Both the position numbers and the translations under genes were made by a program. DNA of 64,000 bases. Origin: Selaginella moellendorffii. Lineage: Eukaryota; Plantae; Lycopodiophyta. A model generated the notes under the pieces. That model was given only the letters and a program-made list of their open reading frames with translations. It ran no database searches and was not told the origin of the DNA. Every line of letters starts with the position of its first letter. The first letter of the stretch is position 1. Where the stretch lies: assembly GCF_000143415.4 (NCBI RefSeq), contig NW_003314262.1, forward strand, positions 151,710 to 215,709. Reading direction: 5' to 3'. Below are positions 47,601-58,778 of this stretch, in pieces.

Positions 47601-48124
47601 CTGGTAATCGCTGCTAGCCGAGACCGTGATCACCAGCACGACGGAGACGAGGATCCCAGCTCCATCGCACCAGCCGTCGCGGAATCCCTTCGTCGCGATG
47701 CCCACCGCAATGGAGACGAGCGCGCAGACCACCAGGATGAGGAGCGTCAGATCCTGCGAGGCGTCGAGAATGTAGGAGAAGACGCTCCTCTGCGGCGATT
47801 CCTTGTAGGTGTTGGATCCAAACGCTCGCCGGCGCGCATCGAGCTCCGAGGGATCGATGCCATGCTCGATGCCGTGGACGTGGAGCTTGCCCGCGATTCC
47901 GAGCACGCCGCCGTGATCGCGGAGGAGGCGCGCGTCGGATTGCTGCACGATGGATGACAGCGTCGAAATATCGATCGCGAAGGCCTCGTCGTCGGTGTTC
48001 TTGAGCAGCGGCCCTGCGAAATACCGCCAAGAACCAGGAAATCACGACAGCGATTCAGGATTTCCGCACGATCTCGATGCGAAGAACACGAATCCATACC
48101 TCGCGACACGATGATCGCCTCCAT
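44686..48124 (-). CDS. ACA: P2B-type Ca2+-ATPase (ACA-like) with a short N-terminus and an extended C-terminus
   Basis: [60 protein letters not shown]; probable exon 1 at 48124-48100 splices in frame to 48013. Confidence 0.92.
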
Positions 48125-48298
48125 TTCTATCGAGCTGCGCCTGCGTCGAGCGGCAAAATACCCCTCACCTCGTAGGGTTTTGGCGCACAACCACGATCAA
48201 TGCTAAGCGCGCGCCAATCCCACGCTCTTGGCGAGGATTCTCGAAGATCATCGCGATGAGAGCCACAGGGAGGACGAAAAGAATTGATTTGATGATAG

Positions 48299-48358
48299 CC
48301 TCTCTCTCTCTCTCTCTCTCTTTTCTTCTCTCTCTTTTCTTCCCTTCCCTTCCCTTCC
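48299..48358. repeat. (CT)n / polypyrimidine microsatellite upstream of the ACA-like gene
   Basis: Directly visible. Confidence 0.9.
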
Positions 48359-48932
48359 TAGGCTAATCCCTTCTAATTTTTACACTGCCAGTGTTAAGGG
48401 CTGGGCCATGGCGCTAAGATTAGGGCAGGCGTACGGACGGGACAGGATCCCGGCTTCCGCGCAGCTGCGGGGTGGAGAATATTCGCACATGCCAGGTCGA
48501 TTTGAAATTTGAATTTAACCTAGAATTTAGGGCGGAGTCAGACTCGCGGGGAGATTTTTCAGAGATGGAAGCTTCACGGAAAGGCTGGGCGCTGTCTCTA
48601 GCACTGTGGGGCTTTCCTGTTGAAATCGGTGAAGTATTGCTACAATCCTGGATCTAGATCTGGATTGGCTGGTTTCGAGCGAATGGGACGAAATTCTTCC
48701 TGTTCCATCGATCACCACACCGAGGTCTTTTCGCTTTTGATTCGATTCGATGGGGATAATCAAGCGGCAAACTTTGCATTCCATTGACAAGCTTGCTTGC
48801 TTTCGTCCCTGGAAATCAAAGTTTCCTGGAAACGGTGAGGAAACAAAACTTAGCTCCCTTTCTCTTGGTGAAGCTCTCCTTTTTTTCTTCTTCTTCTTCC
48901 ACTCTCGCCAACTTCGCAGAGAGGGTGGAGTT

Positions 48933-51900
48933 TCATGCGCTCTGCGGCAAGGGCTGGTAGCCATCGTTGTCCTCTTCGTCGTTGTCGCTGGAATGCGAGG
49001 AGAAGCACGACGATTCTGCCGGGACTGGAATGAGCTTGCCGAGCATTGCCAGTGGCACGCCGATGGCCCCGAGCAGCACGCTGATCCCCCACTGCTTTGC
49101 ATTTAGCGGGGTGGTGTCGGCCAGCTTGCCCAGGAACTCCACCAGAATGGTCTGGAAAACCACCGTGAAGAGGATCACCAGGAGGAAAGTTATGTTGTTG
49201 AAGGTGTGCTTGAAAACGTTGAGCTTCTCCATGTCTCTCGCATTCAGCTCGTTGAATACCTGTAGCAGCGGCGACAGTGAGAAAAACTAGACAGAAAGCA
49301 ATAGAGTTTACCTGGCAGAACACGAAAACATTGAAGATGAGGGTGTTGAGCGTCAAGGTGTCGTAGCCGAGAATGTCTTTTCCCTTGTACAGGAGAACAT
49401 TAAGAACGACGAGCTGATAAACGACCTGGACTGCTATGTTCCTCCACATGACGGTGCTTATAAAGGATCCTTTACGTCCAACGGGTGTTCTCTTCATCAG
49501 ATCATCCGTCGGTGGCTCGGTTGCCAGAGCAAGAGCACCCAACGTGTCCATGATCAGATTCACCCACAGTAGCTGCACAGCAGTGAGCGGAGCCGTCCCT
49601 GATCAACGACAAGAGAAGAAAATGTCACATATGAGACCCAAGAACTTAAAGAGTAAAGAATCTTACCTGTGATGCAAGCAGATGTAAAATTCAACACGAG
49701 GGCCACAAGGTTCACTGTAAGCTGGAACTGGACAAACTTTTGGATGTTTGTGTAGACCGAGCGGCCCCATTTTGCTACCACCACTATAGTGTTGAACTTG
49801 TCGTCTAGAATAACTATATCAGCGCTCTCCTTTGCTACCTGTTGCATAAAAATAAAATAAAATAAAATATTCCGGCCTCTCAGAACGATTTAAAGAAGAT
49901 CAAGATGAAAAGTAGTACCTCCGTTCCAGCAATTCCCATGGCCAAGCCAACGTCTGCTTCATGTAAAGCCGGAGCGTCGTTGGTTCCATCGCCAGTTACG
50001 GAAACCACTTCATCCAGAGCTCGCAATTCTCTTACGAGAGTGTGTTTGTCAGTTGGAGAGGATCTTGCCATAACCTTCCAGACGAAACGGAGATAAATAA
50101 TTAGAAAGCTCAATAAAAACGTCGGCTTGCTTGCTTACCTGCAAGCTGGGAATCAACTTTCTCATCTCTTCGGTGCTGAGGCGACGAAAGTCGGGCCCTT
50201 CAATCGCTTCACCGTCTGTGAGGATGCCACACTCTCGAGCAATGGCAACCGCGGTGTTGATGTTGTCACCCGTTACCATTCGAACCTTGATACCAGCTGC
50301 GAAGCAAAGCTGGACGGCCTCCCTCACTCCTGGCCTTACCGGATCCTTGATACCGACGATTCCAATGCAGGTGAAGCCATTATCGGGAAGTTTATCTTCA
50401 GCAGGCTCGCTCTCCAGTTCTCGGAACGCCATGCACAGCGTCCTCAGAGCCTCGTCGGCGAAAGTCGTGATAATTCCCTTGAGCTCGCGGTATTTCTTCT
50501 CGTCTATGGGACAAACGTTGCCTTCGGTGTCGAGGTACTTGTCACACATGCCCAGGACAATCTCCGAAGCACCTTTCCAGTGAGCACGGATGGTTCCATG
50601 GCCGCCCTTTACCAGCACCCCCATTCTTTTCTTCGCCGAGTTGAACGGCTCAACCTTGAGAATGCTCGACTGGCTTCTCACGTCCTTGAAGTTACCTCCC
50701 AGGCTGATACCAAACGATAGAACCGCAGTCTCGGTCGGAGTTCCTATCAGGTCCGGCTTGCCTCCCTCTCCATCGCCGACGTCTCCACTTGTGTTCTGAA
50801 AGCAGTTCTCAAGCACCAGCTCGTGAAGTTCAGCACAGACTTCCGGCCTTGACTCGCTCCAAACTCTTCCACCAATCCATGACTTCACCACAGTCATGTG
50901 GTTTGTCGTTAAAGTTCCAGTCTTGTCGCTGCATATGCAAGTCGCCGATCCCATCGTTTCGCAAGCGGACAGATGCCTCACCAGGGCCTTGTCCCTCATC
51001 ATCTTCTTCATCGCGTACGCCAGAGTAAGCGTCACCGCAAGCGGGAGGCCTTCGGGCACAGCAACGACGATGATAGTCACGGCGATGGCGAAGAAGTTGA
51101 CGATCTCGAGAGCGTCATGAGTAACCAGCTGGAACCTCTTCTTGATCAAAAACCTCAGGAGCAAGACGAGGAAAGTCACGACCGCAAAGCCGAGGCCGAT
51201 TTTCCCGATCAAAGTCGCCACTCCATTGAGCCTTACTTGCAAAGGAGTCTCGTCGTCACCACCTTCACCCAGCACAGCCATCAGGTGCCCCCACTCCGTG
51301 TTCATTCCAACACCCGTGACGAGCATCAGTGCCGAGCCATCCTGAACTTTCGTCCCCGAAAGCAAAAACGGTTTATTCTTCCCGACATGCTGTGGTTCAC
51401 TCTCCCCGGTCATGGACGACTCGTCGATCACCAGCGAGTACCCGGAGATAAACAGCCCGTCCGCTGGAACTTGATCGCCGATGGAAAGATGCACCACGTC
51501 TCCAACAACAAGATCGAAGATGGAAACCTTCTGCCGCTTGTGGTTCCTTGTCACCTGTACAAGTATGTTCTTCTTCTCTTTGTCGAGATCCCTGAACTGG
51601 AGAGACTGCTGGTAGTCGCTTGCAGCAGTGACGAAAACCACGAGAATAATGCTGAGCGCAATGCCAGTTCCATCGTACCACCCTTCCTTCCAGCCTTCCG
51701 TGAGCACACCGATCACCAGCGAGAGGATCGCGCAAAAGCCGAGAATCGCCAGCGTCAAGTCGTGCATGGCCTCCCACACGAACACCCAGAATCCTTTCGG
51801 CGGCTTCTCCTCGTACATGTTGGACCCGAAAGCTTCCTTCCTCTTGTCGATCTCGTCTTTGGAGACTCCATCGTCGAGGCTCACCAGTAGCTTCTGAGCC

Positions 51901-52589
51901 ACCCCGTGAATCCCTCCCATAGATTTTAGCGTGGACTCTTGAGCGCTCCTGTCACCCAGTGACGATAGTTGCTTTGGAGAAACTTGGAACCCGTGCTGCT
52001 TTGCTTTCTCGTCCTCGACAGTGGTAACATCGGGAGCGGAGATCCCAGCTGGAAAAGTTTAGAGTGATTGTCAGTCTGGAATGAAATTCCACTCGAGAAA
52101 GCTAGAACGCATCCAAAAAGAGCCAGGCACTCATAACTTCCACACAAAAGAGACGAGATCATCCAAAAGAAAACTTGGAAAAGCCAGGACAAAGCTTTCA
52201 CATGGAAAACACGCACGAGAGATCATCCAGAGAGCCAGGGAGAAAAAATCCGACGAGCAAGGAACTCACCATCGATGAATCGAAACGCGGCCCTCACGAC
52301 TTGCCCGGTCGTCTTAAACTTCCGCCTCTGCAAAGAGAAGAAGAGGAACAATTAAGTGAGAACATCTCTAGGAAGAGCTATGGCAGCAGCGCCCAAAATC
52401 TCTTACCTTCTCGTCGGCGTCGCGCCTCTTCTTCACATTGGCAGTGTAGCGAAAGCGCCGCGAGGCATTGAGCACAAGCGTGGCCTTTCTCCACGACTCG
52501 AGCACTTCCAATGGAGTGTCCTTGTGCGGGATCTCGAAGGTATTCTTGGATCCGCCCCTGCCTAGATCGGAGCCACGCCTGGATTCCAT
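48933..52589 (-). CDS. ACA: Autoinhibited P2B Ca2+-ATPase with N-terminal calmodulin-binding domain
   Basis: [17 protein letters not shown]...[10 protein letters not shown]-terminal domain, [30 protein letters not shown]; multi-exon. Confidence 0.95.
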
Positions 52590-53078
52590 TCCTTCTCCCC
52601 CTTACCACACGGGCATTTGCGATATTTTGACCGATCGATTGATCGATCTACAGCAGCTAGACGACGACGACGAAGAAGAGGAAACGATCAAGAACCCTAA
52701 CCAGACCTTATCCGATCGAACTGCTGCGCGAGATCGCTCGAGATTTCTCGCGGCTGTCGGGAAATCGGAGCGGCGCTGGGGAGGAGAGGCGCGCAACCGG
52801 ACAAATGCGCGCATTCAAGGCGCTGTGGACGCGCCTGCGCGTTCTGTTACTGCTGCTGCTGCCCAGATTGTTCCTACCAGCGGAATGGTGGCGATTTGCC
52901 GATCGATCGCGTCGCTTGTCTGCGCTGCGCGATCAGGAGCAAGTCTTAAGCAGCTTCTTGGAGTACGGCCCTAGACCCCGCGTACGACCATCGTACCCTT
53001 CGTGCCCTTCACGCGTCACGACGCGGCCAGGCAATATAGACGAAGAAACTAACCATTGACCAATCAGACAAAGCTCTT

Positions 53079-53386
53079 GCTAATATAAGTTCCGAGCATT
53101 TTGGACAAATATCTTCATCCAAATTCTTAAGAAGAATTCTATAGCTTTCTACGCTTTGTAGCTTTGGGGGCCTATCAAAAATCTCTTGTTATTGCTTGTG
53201 ACAAAAAATCGCGACGAATTCTCTTTTGACATTGGTACGGACATGCTAATATAAGTTCCAAGCATTTTAGACAAACACGAACTCTATCTCCATCCAAATT
53301 CTCAAGAAGAATTCTATAGCTTTTCTACGCTTTGTAGCTTTGGGAGGCGATAGAAAATCTCTTGTTATTGCTTGTGACAATCGCGA
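53079..53386. repeat. Two-copy tandem duplication (period ~165 bp) covering the aspartic protease stop codon and 3' UTR
   Basis: gctaatataagttcc...aagaagaattctatagc...aatctcttgttattgcttgtgacaa at 53079 and 53244. Confidence 0.9.
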
Positions 53387-55137
53387 TGGCCTTTCTTCCA
53401 TCCAACTCGGGAGTTTTCGAGGTCGTAAACCACCAGCTTGTCTTTGAGGACGATTTCTACACACGAGAGTTTCATGGGAAGAAAAAGGATGCTTCTGTGA
53501 TTTACCTCCCAAGACAGTGAGATCGCCAGACGATTGCCATACGTAGCAGTAGACGTGAATTTTCTGTTCGATTGTCAAAGTCATGAGCGCTTTCTTTGCT
53601 GTTGAAAATCGCTAATTTATTTTTCTTTTCGTTTTCACGCACCTGGTTTGTGGTGACAGGTGCCAAGTAGTTTTCAGGGGTCAAGCTCATGGACGCTCCA
53701 CCTTGGAAGAAAAGAGTGATGTTTGGAAAAGACGAACCGAGGCTGGAACAAAGTAAGAAAAATCCGATTTTGTTTTTCAAGTACCTGGTTCTAACATGGA
53801 AGCACCGAGTTTCGTTGATGTCAGACGCTACTGTAGCGCTGGTTAAGTTTAAGATCTGCTTTAAGAAAAAAAAACACTCTAGCGAAGAAAAAACATGGAA
53901 AAGGGAGCTTACGGTCTGGAAAAGAAGATTATTCGCTGCAGTCGAAAGTGTCGCAAATGTTGTGCCGCTGTCAAAAATGACTCCGTGAGTCCCGCTAGTG
54001 TTCCTGGTGTATAAAAAATCCTTTGTGTCGATCGGGAGGATCTTAGCGTTGACAGAAATGCCGAGTAGAATCACGCTGTAATAGCCTCTGATTTCCAAAA
54101 TCACGAACTTGTGTCAAGCAAGCAGAAAGGGAAAAAAGGAGACAAATTGAAAGCTCAAAACTTACGAGGTGTTCAGGAGAGGAGTGTAAACCATTCCTAG
54201 CTCTGGAGGAGATTCTCCAAGCGCAAGAACTCCACCACCATCTCTCTCTCCGCTTAAGCAATGCGAGAAAATTTTGGTGAGATTCCTCTGAGCTGCAATC
54301 TGGGACGGTGCGGCCAGCGGAAGCGGTCCAAATCCCATAACCCCATCACCTGGCCAGCTACCAGAGATATAATTCGCACACCTGAAGAACACCGCTTGCG
54401 AAAAGGCCTGGAGCTATCAAAAACGTACCCGAGAAAAATCTGGGAAGTTTTATCACCCCTGCCTTGATCTCGCAAAACCAAGCTGATATTATCCCTCACA
54501 AACGCACCTGAGGAGGACGAGTTGTCTCCATAGCCAATCTCGAAAGAGCAAACGCTGTTCACGCTTTTATTCTGGCACTGGTGTGGATCACAAAGAGGGT
54601 CCGAGCATCTCGACCAAGCAAGAGTGGACGAAGAATTCGTGTCGAAAAGTGTTTGAGAGGGCTGGGGAGCAGAGAAAAAAAAAATCGTCAATAAGTTCAA
54701 AGTTTGACAATATCTTACGCTGGAATCATCTTCCGGATTCAAGCAGGACTGACAAGGCTTACACTTGACCCAGAAGATGTTGCTCCCCGTGTCCACTATA
54801 ACTTTCAGCTTCTGGAATGGACTTCCCAGTTCCACTTCCGTGTAGTAAAGTCTGCACGAAGAAACACGGTACAAGCTCAAAGCCCAAGAAGAAGCGAAAA
54901 GAAAGCTTTTTACCCAAATTCCGAATAGCCTCCTTCCAGTCCAAACTCGACACTAGCAAGAGACCTCCCTCGTCTCATATTCTGCTCGACAAGCCTTTTA
55001 AAATGGTCCTCGCTAATCCCTCTGGAAGCTGGATTGTGATGCTCGAAAAATCTGTGTTTGAGCTGGAAAACCGCTGCTCCATCTACGCGCAACAGCTGAA
55101 GAACCGTGAGAGAAAGCAACACAACTGCGAAATCCAT
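53365..55137 (-). CDS. Secreted A1-family (pepsin-like, atypical plant) aspartic protease, multi-exon
   Basis: Signal peptide; LYYTEVELGSP..VIVDTGSNIFWVKC; IFDSGTT; FSHCL; last exon IVLKDKLVVYDLENSRVGW. Confidence 0.92.
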
Positions 55138-55403
55138 CGAACGAAAACAAGAGTGAGGAGATCGCTTACCTGAGAAAATGCCTTAAAGTTGAGGCTGTAT
55201 CTCTTACGAACCAAGTCCGACAGACTCGGTCTAGCGAAGATGATTTCTTCAAGCCTGTTTCATAGCCATCTAGTAGAGGAAGTTAGTCGCAAACTCGACA
55301 AAAGCAGTGAAAAAGAAAAGGAAAGCTATGAATAAAAGAACTGCTTTACAAAACTGATATCGCTAGCTTCGCCGCAGGAAAAAGAATTGTTAGAAGACCA
55401 CTT

Positions 55404-57362
55404 TCAGTTGTCCGACTCGAAGAGCATGGGGTCGTAGCCCATAATCTCCTGGAGGTAAGCTATGTCTGTCAAGGACGACGATCTCTTTGGGATGTCTTCC
55501 AGGGAAGCCGTGTCCATGCCAACCTCCGGAAGCTCCCCCAGGTTCCAAAGTTCTTGGATGTTTTCGTGCTCTCCAGCAGTGACAGCAACTGTGGTGGTAG
55601 CGGCAACCGGTGAGGACGAAGATGGTGGCGGCGGCGGCGGCGGTGGTGTGGACGACGAAGATGAATGCAGCGATGATGATTCTGCTGCTGTCACCGCCAT
55701 GCTGCTTCCCAGCGACATTCTGAGCAATCGCCTGTCAGTGTCGAGGCTCGACGGCGATGGCTCTTGCTGGCTCGCCGTTGTTGCTAGCTGCAGCGGAGGA
55801 GCTGCGAGTGGCTCGGACTTCACTGGGCAAGCGACTCCAAATCTCGGAGTCGTCCACTGGCTCGGAGAAGTGAGCGAAGCAGCCGGTCTCAAGAGGTTGA
55901 AACCGGTAGTGGAGGGCCTCGACGGCGAGAGCGTGAGGCGAGAGGCACTCATTTCTTCGAGTCGAGAAGCGAGAGACGGTGGAGTGGAATGGATCCCCGA
56001 GCTCGGGAGCGTGAGTGACGCTGCTACCGCCGCTGCTGATTGTCCGGGATTCATCGAGAAGAGAAGCGGTCTGGCGGAGAGCCCCGATCTCATCCAGAAG
56101 CTGTTGTTTTGCGCGTTCTGGCATGAGTGCTCGCCGATGTAAGTCACCTGGTACATGGATGGCTCGTCTTCGCACTTCTGGACGTACTTGGTCGCTTGGC
56201 AGCCAAGTTCCTTTTGGTGAGTGCAACGGTAATAGCTCCTGGAAGAGAGAGAATATGAATCACACGTTAGAAGGGAATTCTCGATTCTCGACTGAGACGA
56301 GCTAGCGCTGCCTGAACAACCTCCTGAAAGAACTATCGCAAGAAAACTGACATGCAAAGACTGTATCAAAGGAAACGATGAGACATCACAATCGATAGCT
56401 ATCGGAGTGAAGATACGCAAAATCTCAAAGCTTGGAATCCAAAGAAACCGAGGAGAGTCAGTACGAATCAAGAAGGAAATCCTCGCAGAACAGTGAGAAA
56501 TCATCCAAGAAAACGAGGTCTCTCCACCGCATCGCGAGAGCTACGCGGCATTGAGCGAGCTACTTACTGGTGCTAGATCGAGATCGAGGATCGTACCTGG
56601 GAAACTTGGAATTGAGGATATCCTTTTGCCCGTACTTGCGCCAGGTGAATCCATCGTCGGCCGGAGCTTCGCTCCCATGCTCGTTGCTGTTGGCGCGCTG
56701 CTTCACCACGCGCTTGGGCAAGCACTTCCTGGTAGAGGAGAAATGGAGAAATAAGAACCCTAAACCACAAAAAGAAACAAACCGGCTCACCTCTTCCTCC
56801 CAATCCCAGAAGCTGGGAATTCGTCCATGGCGCCGCCGCCTTCCGCCGCTCCATCCAGCGCCGCCGTGCACGGCGGATTGTTTGGCGATCCTTCCGGTGT
56901 GGTGGAAGGCGTCAATGCCGGGCTACTGCTGCTCGTGGTGTGAGGGCTCGAGAGCGCTAGATTTGGGGGCGAGTGTGGCGGCGTTGAAGCTCGGATTGGG
57001 CTGCAAGTCATTGGCGAGGACGACGCGGTGGAGCTGCTGGGCACTGTGGGCAGCTCTAACGAGGGCCGGATGAGAAGAGAAGGAGCTGTAGTGGGGATCG
57101 TGATCGCCGCCGCGGCGGCGGCGGCTGTAATTGCTTGCGTGGGATCGCCTCGGTTGAGCTGCGCGATGACGTTGGCGAAGGTGGAGATGATCGCGGTGGC
57201 GTCAAAGATGAGCGTGGGGTAGAATGCTGGGGATTGGATCAAGGAATGGAGCTTCTGCTCGAATTGGCGGACTTGCGCACACCCTTTGCTCACCTCCGAT
57301 TTGAGAAGCTGCTGGTAGCTCGAGGACGAGCTCGATTGCTCTTGGTTTTGCTGCTGATCCAT
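55404..57362 (-). CDS. WRKY: WRKY transcription factor, group III (C2HC), 3 exons
   Basis: DDGFTWRKYGQKDILNSKFPR | SYYRCTHQKELGCQATKYVQK...TYIGEHSC, with the conserved PR intron. Confidence 0.95.
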
Positions 57363-57752
57363 CTCTCAGTCTCTCATCGATCGACCAATGATCGACTTCT
57401 CTCTCTTCTAGCAGAGGCGGAATCACATTCCCACCAAGAAAAAGCCAAGAAAACCTCTCCTTTGTTTGGTTTCTCCAGCGAACTAGCTCGGATTCATCTT
57501 CCTCGCATCCTGGAAACACGGCATTCTTTGTCTTTCACGATCATCAAAATCCCTCTTTTATCAGCTCTATGCTTGTCTGTCGATAAATCTCGATCGATCA
57601 CTCCTTTATCTCACAGATCGTTGGAAATTGGAATCCATTCCATGCATCTATACGCGCTCAAGCGAAGAATTCACAGAGCTTGGAACGTTGACAAGAAGGA
57701 AAAAGGACTCCGCGGCCGTCTAAAATCCACTCTTTGGGGTTTTCCAGTCCAC

Positions 57753-57947
57753 AGTCAACACATTTGAAAATTCCAGAAGAATCTGTGTGCTTAATCTCTG
57801 CAGCCACCGGGTGTTTGACCGAGTTTGACCCATGTACCCCGCGCACGAGCTCTTTGCCCCGGTCAAACGATTTTCCTTGACCGCCCTCTTTGACCCGCGG
57901 AGCTCCTGACCAGAGTTGACTGAGCTTTTCCCAGCGGCGGCTTGACC
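57753..57947. promoter_or_regulatory. Cluster of eight W-boxes upstream of the WRKY gene
   Basis: TTGACY or its complement at 57753, 57815, 57825, 57861, 57877, 57890, 57916 and 57942. Confidence 0.8.
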
Positions 57948-58222
57948 GAGCCCAGATTTGATCCATCCAACGGCCCACGCCGCTCGACCGTCGGATGCGG
58001 GTGACCTGTTCAAATGGCGGATTAGAGCTAGAAATTCCGCGAGGAAAGTTCGTTGAAACGGTTGAAGGATTGTATCTTTCGGCATTAAAGTGGTCATGGA
58101 TTCTTGTAATAAATTTTAGTGTGATTGTCTCCGAAAAGGGCGCAGGTGGAAATCGTCTCAAACCGTTAAAGCCCTAAACGAATATCCTAAATGGGGAAAA
58201 GATACTTTTAGGGTTCTCAACT

Positions 58223-58701
58223 ATGGCGACCGCAGTGAGGCATCTGGTCCAGCTCCACGCCGACGTTCCCAAGGCCGCGAAGCTCTACTCCAATGCGCTC
58301 GGATTCACCGTCGCCGTCTGCACGGAGCGATGGGCGGAGCTCACCTGCGGCGATTTCAAGATCGCGATGATGCAAGCGCCGAGGTATGCGCGATGGGATT
58401 GTAGATCCTGTGCTAGAACTGATCCAAGCTAGCAGATCTTGTGTGCTGCAGTGATACAAAGCCAGCGAAGAACTACTCGTCTTTCATCTCCGTTAGCGTG
58501 CCCGACATTGATGACACTGTGGTCAAGCTTATTTCCATGGGCGCCGAGCTCGATGGTCCTATAAAATACCAGGCTCATGGAAAGGTGGAAATCTTTGCTT
58601 GCATTGAGAGACCTTGTCAATAACAATGGTTTTTGTTCCAGGTTGCAGCGCTTAGATGCCTGGATGGTCACATGATCGGGCTGTATGAATCCAGTTCTTG
58701 A
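58223..58701 (+). CDS. Small glyoxalase I/VOC-superfamily protein, 3 exons
   Basis: LVQLHADVPKAAKLYSNALG...WAEL, DIDDTVVKLISMGAELDGPIKY..HGKVAALRCLDGHMIGLYE. Confidence 0.85.
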
Positions 58702-58778
58702 ACAATTTGATTAAGTTGCAAGGTGATTGATTTGATGTATAAATTCTTACGTTCTTCTTAGGCCTTGATAAACATCAA

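Noticed and set aside
38883-48181. AAACCCTA/TAGGGTTT motifs near gene starts as interstitial telomere remnants
   Set aside because: Single copies near 5' ends, matching common telo-box promoter elements rather than arrays.
38921-52974. Numerous overlapping antisense and alternative-frame ORFs inside the PPR and ACA genes
   Set aside because: Expected shadows of GC-rich coding sequence; no recognisable domains.
56239-56504. N-terminal part of the 366-aa ORF as coding
   Set aside because: It lies in the WRKY-domain intron; splicing joins FPR to SYYRC.
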